From Bacteroidales bacterium (GTDB lineage: Bacteria > Bacteroidota > Bacteroidia > Bacteroidales > UBA12077), in contig JAWLEB010000004.1 of NCBI GenBank assembly GCA_041686375.1, forward strand, positions 45,672-109,671: DNA of 64,000 bases. The letters are read 5' to 3'. Each line of letters begins with the position of its first letter. The first letter of the stretch is position 1. Under the pieces are notes generated by a model. That model saw nothing but the letters and a program-made list of their open reading frames with translations. It made no database searches and was not told the origin of the DNA. Both the position numbers and the translations under genes were made by a program. Shown here in pieces: positions 9,704-17,975 of this stretch.

Positions 9704-12304
9704 TTAAAATTCTATGCCAATTAGCAATACGTCGTCTATTTGTTTATTGTTTTTTTTCCATTTTTTGTATTCGGATGAAAACAGAGCCGAAAATTGTTGC
9801 ATAGAAAAACTTTTATTTTCTACGATATTTTCACGAATTCGTTTGGGTGTATACTTTCTTTTATGGGGTCCGCCTATCTGGTCTGGCAATCCATCCGTAA
9901 AAAAGAAAATTTTGTCTCCTTTCTTATATTTTATAACATGATTAACAAAGTCTTTTTCTGGTTTTTTCCGGTGGGGTATTCCTCCTATTGCTTTTCTGTT
10001 TCCTTTGTATTGTTCAAGGTTGCCATCACTTAAATAATATAAAGGCCTGTGTGCCCCAGCATAATGTAATTCCTTTTTCTTTTTATCGATCCGGCAGAGA
10101 GCAATATCCATACCATCTCTTGCTTCTGCATCAAAACGTTCTTGTTTGAGCGTAGCACGTACCCCGAAATGCAACTTGTCAAGTACCTCGGCGGGGGTAT
10201 AATTTTTATTATGATCGACAATATTGTTAAGCTGAAAGTAGCCAATGAATGAAAGTAGCGCTCCGGGTACTCCATGTCCTGTACAGTCTACAGCAGCTAT
10301 GAAAATGATGTCTTCTTTTTTGAGAAACCATGGGAAATCTCCGCTTACGACATCCCTGGGCTCATAGAAAATGAAAGATTTTGGCAAATATTCCTGTACA
10401 ATATTATTATTAGGCAGAATAGAAGATTGAATCCTTTGGGCATAATTGATACTTTCAGTGATTTTTTTGTTTTTATCCTGAATTTCCATTTCAATTCTTT
10501 TCGCCTCTGTGATATCATGGCCAACAAAAAGAATGGTTTCCAGCTCATTTTCATTGAATTCCGGGATTCCTTTGAAATCCATTATTCGTTCACCCAGTTT
10601 TGCCGTGGGAATATTTAATTCTTGGTTTATTTGTTCGCTGTTCTTTTTTATGACTTCAATTGATTCATTGAAAAAGTTGACTAACGTTTCTTCCAATTCA
10701 AGATCTCGAATTCTTCGGTTTAATAGTTCTTTGGGTTCCAATCCTAAATATGGATGAGATACAGGATTGGCATAGAAAAACTGGCCCCGGGTATTTAAAC
10801 GAATGATGAGGTCGGGGCTATTTTCAGAAAGGGACTGCATTTTACTTTTCATTCTTTCTTCTTTCTCAGCTCTCTTCCTTTCTGTTATGTCCCGTGAATT
10901 TAAAATGATTCCATTAATAGCAGGATCTCCAAGCATGTTTCTACCCGTTGTTTCTAGATATATTTTTTTACCGTCTTTCTTAATATATGTGTATTGAAGC
11001 GTTTGAGACTTATTAGGATTTTTCAGCAGTTCCTTAAACATGTCTCTCAGGGCAGTTTCACCTTTTGCAGTTAATCTGTCCATATCTTTTCCGCTCATCA
11101 TCTCTTCCTGGGTATAACCAAGAATGTTTTTCACATTTGGACTCTGATATTTTAGATTGAGATCTTTATCATATATAGAGATAACCTCTGATGCGTTTTC
11201 CAGCAGTGCTTGTAGCCGCTTTTGGGCATTTTCAACTTCTTTAATTTGGGTTTCAAGTTTTTTATTTGACTTTTCAAGCTCTTCCTGGGTTGCCCGCATT
11301 TCTTCAGCATTTTGCCTTAGCTCTTCCTCGTTTTCCTTCAGTTCTTCTGTCATCTGTTGCGATTCCTTTAGCAACTGTTCGGTCTTTTGGTTCATGCGCA
11401 GATTATAGATAGTCCGGGCAATGATTTCAGCCAATTCACGCACGAATTGTATGGTAAGCTGAGGGAATTCTTCTTTAACGTCAGCAAATTCTATTACGCC
11501 CTGAAGTTTTTCTTCAGCAATGAGAGGAACTATCAAAAGGCTCCGGGGTTTTTTATCGCCTAATATGCCGGAAGTTATGGTTGCATAATTCTCCGGAATT
11601 TCAGTTCTGTAAATATAATCCCTCTCATAGGCACACTCTCCGATAAGACCCTGACCAATTTTGAATTCCTGGTTTATATATCTTCTGCGATTATAAGCAT
11701 AGGTGGCGTAATTCACCAATTTATTCTCTTCTTCTTCGTACAAATATAAAGCTCCCTGGATGGTATCAATATATTCAATAAGCCTGACAATGACATCGTA
11801 GGCTAAAATGTCCAGGGAATTATGTTTTCTCAGAATATCAGCTATAAGATCCTTCCCTTCAGCAATCCAGTTTCGTTCCTTTTCCTTCCTGTTGTTTTCA
11901 ACAATATTATTGCGCATCTTGATTAACGACTTGCCTAAAACATCATTTTCATCTTTTATCTCAAGGTCTGCATCATAAAATCCTTCCCCTATTTTTTTTG
12001 CAAATGATGCGTTGCGGTCAATATCCAGGTCTCTTTGGTTTATTATATCTTCAAATATTTCCCTTTCTGCTTGCCTTTTGCGGTAATATATGTAAATAAT
12101 TATCCCTACAAGAATAGGTATTGCGTCTATGTACCAGTGTGCCGGATTATTCAAATGTATCTGGGCAATTGATGAAAAAGAAATTGGAATATTGGATATA
12201 AAAATATCAATAATCCACGCCGATAAGGGAGCAATAAGAGAAAGAGCTACTCCCAGAATGATGTCGTTTTTCGTTATGACTATGGCATTTTTTTCTTTGC
12301 TCAT
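9704..12304 (-). CDS. Membrane sensor PP2C (SpoIIE/RsbU-type) Ser/Thr phosphatase: 2TM, HAMP-like, GAF, coiled coil, PAS, PAS, PP2C (SiaA-like)
   Basis: 866 aa. Two N-terminal hydrophobic helices. GAF motif ENYATITSGILGD...GVIEF. EEL-rich coiled coil at aa 303-368. Two PAS-like segments. C-terminal PP2C motifs SGDF, VDCTGHGVPGA, DGMD, FTDG. Confidence 0.85.
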   Translation of the reverse strand: MSKEKNAIVITKNDIILGVALSLIAPLSAWIIDIFISNIPISFSSIAQIHLNNPAHWYIDAIPILVGIIIYIYYRKRQAEREIFEDIINQRDLDIDRNASFAKKIGEGFYDADLEIKDENDVLGKSLIKMRNNIVENNRKEKERNWIAEGKDLIADILRKHNSLDILAYDVIVRLIEYIDTIQGALYLYEEEENKLVNYATYAYNRRRYINQEFKIGQGLIGECAYERDYIYRTEIPENYATITSGILGDKKPRSLLIVPLIAEEKLQGVIEFADVKEEFPQLTIQFVRELAEIIARTIYNLRMNQKTEQLLKESQQMTEELKENEEELRQNAEEMRATQEELEKSNKKLETQIKEVENAQKRLQALLENASEVISIYDKDLNLKYQSPNVKNILGYTQEEMMSGKDMDRLTAKGETALRDMFKELLKNPNKSQTLQYTYIKKDGKKIYLETTGRNMLGDPAINGIILNSRDITERKRAEKEERMKSKMQSLSENSPDLIIRLNTRGQFFYANPVSHPYLGLEPKELLNRRIRDLELEETLVNFFNESIEVIKKNSEQINQELNIPTAKLGERIMDFKGIPEFNENELETILFVGHDITEAKRIEMEIQDKNKKITESINYAQRIQSSILPNNNIVQEYLPKSFIFYEPRDVVSGDFPWFLKKEDIIFIAAVDCTGHGVPGALLSFIGYFQLNNIVDHNKNYTPAEVLDKLHFGVRATLKQERFDAEARDGMDIALCRIDKKKKELHYAGAHRPLYYLSDGNLEQYKGNRKAIGGIPHRKKPEKDFVNHVIKYKKGDKIFFFTDGLPDQIGGPHKRKYTPKRIRENIVENKSFSMQQFSALFSSEYKKWKKNNKQIDDVLLIGIEF

Positions 12305-12314
12305 ATATAGATAT

Positions 12315-13103
12315 CTAAGTTATTATGGTTGCTAACTCATTACCAATTACGTTGGATAGTTCATTAAAAATATTTTCAGTTTTTTTGTCAAAATTCTTAA
12401 ACGATGCCAGTTCAATCAAAGCAATTGTTCTTTCCTGTTGAATAATAGGTATTAACAATAAACTTTCCGGGGAATCACTTCCCAGCCCTGATAATATTGT
12501 CGTATAATTTTCAGGAATTTTTGTAATGTTCATTACTCGTTGATTCTTAGCTGTCTGACCTGTAAGTGAAACTCCAAGCTCAAAGTCTTTGGGTTCTTCA
12601 GCGCCGTAGTATGCATATTTACCGCAAATTGTAAAGCTATCACTTTCATTTTTTCGAATATAAAAAAGACCTTGTACAATATCGTATTCATTTGCAATGT
12701 TTCTAAGTATTTGTTCACAAAAGTCTTCTGAATTTTCAGTTTCAGCAGGCAGAAGTTTTTGTTCTATTGCCTCCAGATTGTAGTCGTTGTCCTGGTCATC
12801 CCTTACCTTGTCTGCCACTGGTTGTTTTTCTTCAGTTTCATAGATTTCTTTTAGGTCGGATTTTTCCGTATAATCTTCTTTATAGGCTTTTTCAGTAGTG
12901 AGGTTAATAATCTGAACAAAATTGATTACAGCCAAGAGGATAATTAAAACAGATAACAGATATATTGTGCTCAGAGGTATATTAACGTTTTCATACTCAA
13001 CTGACAAGTTTCTTGCATTTGCCATTAAGATTACTGCACTTATTATGAGTAGGAAAAATGATATGACTCCTGTAATTTTATGTATTTTCCTTCTATAACT
13101 CAT
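12315..13103 (-). CDS. Membrane-anchored GAF-domain protein
   Basis: 262 aa with two N-terminal TM helices. The C-terminal GAF (ENYTTILSGLGSDSP...IALIELASF) looks paralogous to the GAF of the downstream sensor. Confidence 0.75.
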   Translation of the reverse strand: MSYRRKIHKITGVISFFLLIISAVILMANARNLSVEYENVNIPLSTIYLLSVLIILLAVINFVQIINLTTEKAYKEDYTEKSDLKEIYETEEKQPVADKVRDDQDNDYNLEAIEQKLLPAETENSEDFCEQILRNIANEYDIVQGLFYIRKNESDSFTICGKYAYYGAEEPKDFELGVSLTGQTAKNQRVMNITKIPENYTTILSGLGSDSPESLLLIPIIQQERTIALIELASFKNFDKKTENIFNELSNVIGNELATIIT

Positions 13104-13110
13104 TTACGGT

Positions 13111-13668
13111 TTATTTAATATTTAACAAGTAATCAATAATCTCACCTGATGAAAAAATATGGTCTGCTTCAGTAAGTTTAAGAGCAGCATCGGTCATTGT
13201 AGAAACTTCACATTCTTTGGGATTTTGAACTATTACTGTCCCTCCGTGATCTTTCAGCTTCTTTAGTCCATATGCCCCGTCCCTGTTTGCCCCTGATAAA
13301 ATTATTCCCAGGAGATTCTTGCTATATGTTTGTGCTGCCGTTTCAAAAGAGACATCTATTGAAGGACGTGAATGATTAACGGGTTCTTCGGTTGACAAAG
13401 CTATTTTCTTATTCAGTTCAATGTACATATGATAATTGGATGGGGCAAGGTAGGCTTTGCCAGGCTTTATAGAATCTTTATCAAAAGGTTCTATGACAGG
13501 TATATTAGACTTTATAGAAAGCGCTTCTACAAAACCTGAACGTACATGTTTCAACCTATGCAGGTTAAGCAAAACGGGTAAAGGGTAGTTTTTGGGTAAA
13601 GTTTGTAGGATTTTCGTAATTACTCTAAAACTACCAGCTGATCCGCCTATTATAACAGCCTTATACAT
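13111..13668 (-). CDS. cheB: Stand-alone CheB-type protein-glutamate methylesterase catalytic domain (no receiver domain)
   Basis: 185 aa. GGSAGS (Ser), NLHRLKH (His) and GANRDGA (Asp) align with the CheB catalytic triad regions. Confidence 0.85.
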   Translation of the reverse strand: MYKAVIIGGSAGSFRVITKILQTLPKNYPLPVLLNLHRLKHVRSGFVEALSIKSNIPVIEPFDKDSIKPGKAYLAPSNYHMYIELNKKIALSTEEPVNHSRPSIDVSFETAAQTYSKNLLGIILSGANRDGAYGLKKLKDHGGTVIVQNPKECEVSTMTDAALKLTEADHIFSSGEIIDYLLNIK

Positions 13669-14502
13669 CTATGAAACTTTTTTCTTATATATATTTTCGT
13701 TTTTATCGACTAAGATATAATCTTTATCGGAATTCCAATAATCGATTTTCTCATTCAAACCTACAACCAAATGACCGCCAGGAATTAAACAAGTATTGAA
13801 CGTCTTAAGTAACCGTTCCTCTAAAATTTGGTTATAGTAGAGCATTTGATTTCTACAAATAATTAATTTGATGCCCTTTGGGTATTCCTCAAATATCGTA
13901 TTTTGTTTTGTGTATTTTACGTTTTGCAGCAATGAAATATCAAAATAGGCCCGTTCATTTTTTACGGTATAATATGGTTTAAGTTCTTTTTCTCTAAAGA
14001 CCCGCTTAAAATTTGCTTCGTTAACTTCAAGTTTATTATAATCAAAATAACCTTCCTTTACTTTATTGATGTGTATCTGACTGAGACTGCTTACAAATAT
14101 TTGAACCTTATCCAAAAAATTGAGTTCATTTAATAAAATTAAAAGAGTGTATAGCTCTTCGCCTGAATTAACTTCCGGGAACCAAATTTTATAGTTTTGT
14201 ACATTACTTAATATTTTAGGGAAGAACTCATCTTTCAGGTACCTCCATAATGACGGATCTCTGAACATTTCTGTTGTTTCGATACATATCTCTTTCAAAA
14301 AGATTTCAAAAAAATCCTTGTCATTGGTTATCCGGAAAATGAAGTCATCGGCATTTTTAAGGTTGTACTTATTGATAATGAATTCTAACCTTCGTTTAAA
14401 AAAAGTCAAGGCATAATTCTTAAAATTATAATCATATTGTTCTTTAAGGGTATTGATGATGTTTCTGGTATCGACAATTCCGATTTCACTTCTGTTATTC
14501 AT
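13669..14502 (-). CDS. Divergent CheR-like protein-glutamate O-methyltransferase paralog
   Basis: 277 aa with CheR-like N-terminal helical region and ICRNQMLYY motif. The SAM-binding segment reads WFPEVNSGEELYT instead of the canonical W-x-AGCSTG-E/Q-E-x-YS. Confidence 0.75.
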   Translation of the reverse strand: MNNRSEIGIVDTRNIINTLKEQYDYNFKNYALTFFKRRLEFIINKYNLKNADDFIFRITNDKDFFEIFLKEICIETTEMFRDPSLWRYLKDEFFPKILSNVQNYKIWFPEVNSGEELYTLLILLNELNFLDKVQIFVSSLSQIHINKVKEGYFDYNKLEVNEANFKRVFREKELKPYYTVKNERAYFDISLLQNVKYTKQNTIFEEYPKGIKLIICRNQMLYYNQILEERLLKTFNTCLIPGGHLVVGLNEKIDYWNSDKDYILVDKNENIYKKKVS

Positions 14503-14524
14503 ACGCCTTATTTTACCTCAAGTG

Positions 14525-15367
14525 TTAATATTTTTTCCTGTAAAAATGCCCCCGTTTATCAAATTTATTGGCTATTTCACCCAGCATACTTTCATGAATG
14601 CCAAATAGTAAATAGCCATTGGTATACAAATGTTCATGAAAAAACTTAAAAATTTTAGATTGCAATTCATATTTAAAGTAGATAATGACATTTCTGCAGA
14701 TTATCAAATCAAATTTTGCAAAATATAAATTTTCTCCTTTAACAAGGTCATGCTTCCTGAAAATAGGTTTTTCCTTTAAAAAGTCATGGATTTCCAGAGT
14801 ATCTGTAAGTTTGTTGATTTTAAAGTATTTTGCATAAGGGACATCATTATATTCTTCATAGTTGAAAGGATTTTCTTTGACGACCTTATCAAAATTATCC
14901 AGGTATCCTATGTTAAATCTGTATTTATAAGTTCCTTTTTTTGCCTGTTCCAGGGCTTCTTCATTCAGGTCTGTAGCAAATATTTTTGCTTTATCATACA
15001 TATCCAATTCATGCAGGAGAATTAACATTGAATACACTTCCTGTCCTGTTGAGCAACCTGCATGCCATATATTGATATTTTTGTTGTTCTTAAATCGGGG
15101 GAGTATACGGAATCTTAAATCCTGCCATATCTGGGGATCTCGAAATAATTCTGTGGTATTCACAGTAATAGCTTTCACTGAATTTTCCAAAAAATTTCTG
15201 TTCTTTTTTAATTGAATAATAGCTGTTGCAATATCCATTCTATTATCATCAAGCACCTTCTGAATCCTCCTTTTTAGTGACTTTTCAGAGTATTCACTAA
15301 AGTCATACTCTGAATGATTTTTGATGGTAGAGACAAAAAAATAAACCTCCTTATCCGATAAAGCCAT
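14525..15367 (-). CDS. cheR: CheR protein-glutamate O-methyltransferase
   Basis: 280 aa with canonical IWHAGCSTGQEVYS and DLIICRNVIIYF motifs. Confidence 0.9.
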   Translation of the reverse strand: MALSDKEVYFFVSTIKNHSEYDFSEYSEKSLKRRIQKVLDDNRMDIATAIIQLKKNRNFLENSVKAITVNTTELFRDPQIWQDLRFRILPRFKNNKNINIWHAGCSTGQEVYSMLILLHELDMYDKAKIFATDLNEEALEQAKKGTYKYRFNIGYLDNFDKVVKENPFNYEEYNDVPYAKYFKINKLTDTLEIHDFLKEKPIFRKHDLVKGENLYFAKFDLIICRNVIIYFKYELQSKIFKFFHEHLYTNGYLLFGIHESMLGEIANKFDKRGHFYRKKY

Positions 15368-15570
15368 GCAACTCCGTTAAATTAGTAGATTTAATATATT
15401 AGTTTATTACGTTTTTTTTGCGCTTTGGTTTAGAAAAAAAATCGTTACAACTTTGTGAAGGATACAATAAAAAAGGCTTTAAAATTATAAAAAATCTTCC
15501 GATCAAGGATTGTTTTATCTAATTTACAAATTCTGGCAAAGATGGATTACTTGTGAAAAAATTGACATTT

Positions 15571-15604
15571 TTTCATTAAAAATCTTTTGTCATTTTTAAT
15601 GAAA
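15571..15604. promoter_or_regulatory. Perfect 13-bp inverted repeat in the divergent promoter region, upstream of the carbamoyltransferase gene
   Basis: tttcattaaaaat (15571-15583) and atttttaatgaaa (15592-15604) are exact reverse complements separated by 8 nt. The repeat ends 38 nt before the ATG at 15642. Confidence 0.4.
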
Positions 15605-15641
15605 TTTATTTTTAGAATATTCTCTTTATAAAACACATATC

Positions 15642-17294
15642 ATGCGCAAAGATAAACCTACGTTAGCAATATATGGAATTCAGGACATAGATGATAAACC
15701 TTATCCTTCATGGGTTCATGATCATAATATCACTTTAGCTGAAAATGAAGAAATAATAAAATTTTGTCAACTAGAACGGATTACCAGAAAAAAATATGAT
15801 CACCGAATGCCTGACTTTCTTTATGATCTTCTTAAGGACGAACGGTTGCTTTCTCATGACGACTATGATGTTGTTTTTGTGGATAATGTTATTGGTCGAT
15901 CATTTATCAACACAAGGGGCAATCTTCGTTTTGAAGCTCCTTTAACAGAAAAGCCCCTGCTTTATCCTGAAAGCGGGCGCCTCTTCTGGCTGGATAATCA
16001 TCGAAATGGATATGTAGTGAATCACGAGCTGGCGCATGTTTTCAGTAATATGCCATTTTATGGAGAGTTTAAAAATAACAGCCTGCATGTACATTTTGAC
16101 GGAGGGGCACGAAGCAGCAATTTTTCTGCATGGTTATTCAAGGATGGAAGTATGCATTTGATAGAATACAACTGGGACTTAAAGTTACTATCTTCTTTTT
16201 TTAACTCCAATGCATTGACTTTTTCTATAATCGGCGCCACAAAGAAAGACCAAAATGGTATGGCGGGGAAATTTATGGGTTTTTCAGCATATGGTTCTTA
16301 TGACGAAAGAATTGAAGAATGGTTACGGAGAAACAATTATTTTGAAAATATATGGGGCAATAAAACACATTTTTTTACAAAGGTGAAGAATGACTGGAGT
16401 ATTAATCTCAGTAACTTTGACTTGAACAATGAATTTATACGCAATGTTGCAGCTACTTTCCAGCATATTTTTGAGAAGGAATTGATAGCAAAGCTGAACA
16501 CATTAAAAACCCGAACAGGAGCTGATTCGTTATATTACACCGGCGGTTCAGCTCTTAACATTAAAGCAAATGGAAAAATATTATCCAGTGGACTGTTCGA
16601 TGAGCTGTATATTCCTCCTTGTACAAATGATTCTGGTCTATCCTTAGGTGCGGCTACATTTATAGAATGGTTAAAACATGGAAAAGTTAAAAAACACTCG
16701 CCCTATTTGAATAATTGGTCTCTGGGAAATAACATAACAGAATATACTGTAGAAAATTTGGAACAAATCATTGAGTTACTTGCCAGTGAAGAGATTATTG
16801 GTGTGTGTAATGGTTTTGGAGAAGCCGGTCCCAGAGCATTGGGCAACAGAAGTATTATAGCCAGGGCAGATTCGCATGAGCTGGCACAGTTTGTAAGTCA
16901 GAAACTAAAGAATAGAGAATGGTACAGGCCGGTGGCTCCTGTTATACTTGAAAAAAATCTGGAATATTTTGTAGGAAACCCTGTATATTCAGAACTCAGT
17001 AAATATATGCTTCTCGATTTTCCTGTCAGGCAAAGCAAAATTCAGGAAATGGCAGGATGTGTCCATGTTGATGGCACCTCGAGGATACAAACCATAAAGA
17101 ACCGGCATGATATCCCTTTTATGCATGACCTTTTGACTCTTTTAGAGGAAAGAAAAGGAATTAAAGCCCTACTAAATACTTCATTTAATACAAGAGGAAA
17201 ATCCATAGTACATAATGAAAAAGATGCTATTGAAGATGCTAAAATAATGGGACTGAATTATTTAATACTTAATGGGCGATTGATAACATTGTGA
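15642..17294 (+). CDS. Carbamoyltransferase (NodU/CmcH family)
   Basis: 550 aa with YTGGSALNIKANG, CTNDSGLSLGAA and GEAGPRALGNRSI motifs typical of the family. Confidence 0.85.
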   Translation: MRKDKPTLAIYGIQDIDDKPYPSWVHDHNITLAENEEIIKFCQLERITRKKYDHRMPDFLYDLLKDERLLSHDDYDVVFVDNVIGRSFINTRGNLRFEAPLTEKPLLYPESGRLFWLDNHRNGYVVNHELAHVFSNMPFYGEFKNNSLHVHFDGGARSSNFSAWLFKDGSMHLIEYNWDLKLLSSFFNSNALTFSIIGATKKDQNGMAGKFMGFSAYGSYDERIEEWLRRNNYFENIWGNKTHFFTKVKNDWSINLSNFDLNNEFIRNVAATFQHIFEKELIAKLNTLKTRTGADSLYYTGGSALNIKANGKILSSGLFDELYIPPCTNDSGLSLGAATFIEWLKHGKVKKHSPYLNNWSLGNNITEYTVENLEQIIELLASEEIIGVCNGFGEAGPRALGNRSIIARADSHELAQFVSQKLKNREWYRPVAPVILEKNLEYFVGNPVYSELSKYMLLDFPVRQSKIQEMAGCVHVDGTSRIQTIKNRHDIPFMHDLLTLLEERKGIKALLNTSFNTRGKSIVHNEKDAIEDAKIMGLNYLILNGRLITL

Positions 17295-17359
17295 CTTATC
17301 TATTTGAACAAAAGGCTTTGGTTACTGTTGAAAACATTAGAAATTAAAACAAGTTGATT

Positions 17360-17746
17360 ATGAATTATTATGCAAGTAAAACCGTAGAAGGAGACTTTGA
17401 CGAAGTTATTGATAGAGTGACCAATGAATTGAAAGAAGAAGGTTTTGGTGTATTATCCGATATTGATGTTCAGGCTACAATGAAGAAAAAACTGGATGTG
17501 GATTTTAGGAAATACCGTATTTTGGGCGCATGTAACCCTCCCAATGCTTTAAAAGCTTTGACAGCTGAATCTAATATAGGTTTGCTACTGCCCTGTAATA
17601 TGGTAGTACAAGAAACAGATGATGGAAAAATTGATGTATCGGCAATTAACGCTGAGGCTTCTCTTGATATAGTGGGCAATCCACAACTCGAAGAAGTCGC
17701 TTCATTTATTAGATCTAAACTGGAAAAAGTAATAAACAATCTATAG
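17360..17746 (+). CDS. DUF302 domain protein
   Basis: FGVLSDIDV...YRILGACNP...LLPCNMVV pattern typical of DUF302. ATG at 17360 is preferred over the TTG at 17354. Confidence 0.75.
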   Translation: MNYYASKTVEGDFDEVIDRVTNELKEEGFGVLSDIDVQATMKKKLDVDFRKYRILGACNPPNALKALTAESNIGLLLPCNMVVQETDDGKIDVSAINAEASLDIVGNPQLEEVASFIRSKLEKVINNL

Positions 17747-17748
17747 TT

Positions 17749-17958
17749 ATGGCTTTGTATTTAAAGCTTCTTTTAATGGCCATCGTTTTAGTGGCGATTG
17801 TCATGGGTGTTTATGGATTAAAGTTTCTATATGACAAAGGAGCTTCATTCAATGTAAATTCCGATCCTGAAAAATATAAAAAAATCAAGAATGAGGGAAT
17901 GTATAGTGTTTATAAAGAAGATGAAGAAGATGAATCACCCATGAGAAATAATAGTTAA
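17749..17958 (+). CDS. Small single-pass membrane protein with acidic tail (69 aa)
   Basis: One hydrophobic helix. The start is 2 nt after the DUF302 stop. No family recognised. Confidence 0.45.
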   Translation: MALYLKLLLMAIVLVAIVMGVYGLKFLYDKGASFNVNSDPEKYKKIKNEGMYSVYKEDEEDESPMRNNS

Positions 17959-17975
17959 TACCAAAAAAACGAGCT

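Noticed and set aside
9704-9721. A C-terminal CheR-tethering pentapeptide (NWETF-like) on the PP2C sensor
   Set aside because: The protein ends LLIGIEF. It has no Trp and no acidic context, which is ordinary PP2C terminal beta-strand sequence.
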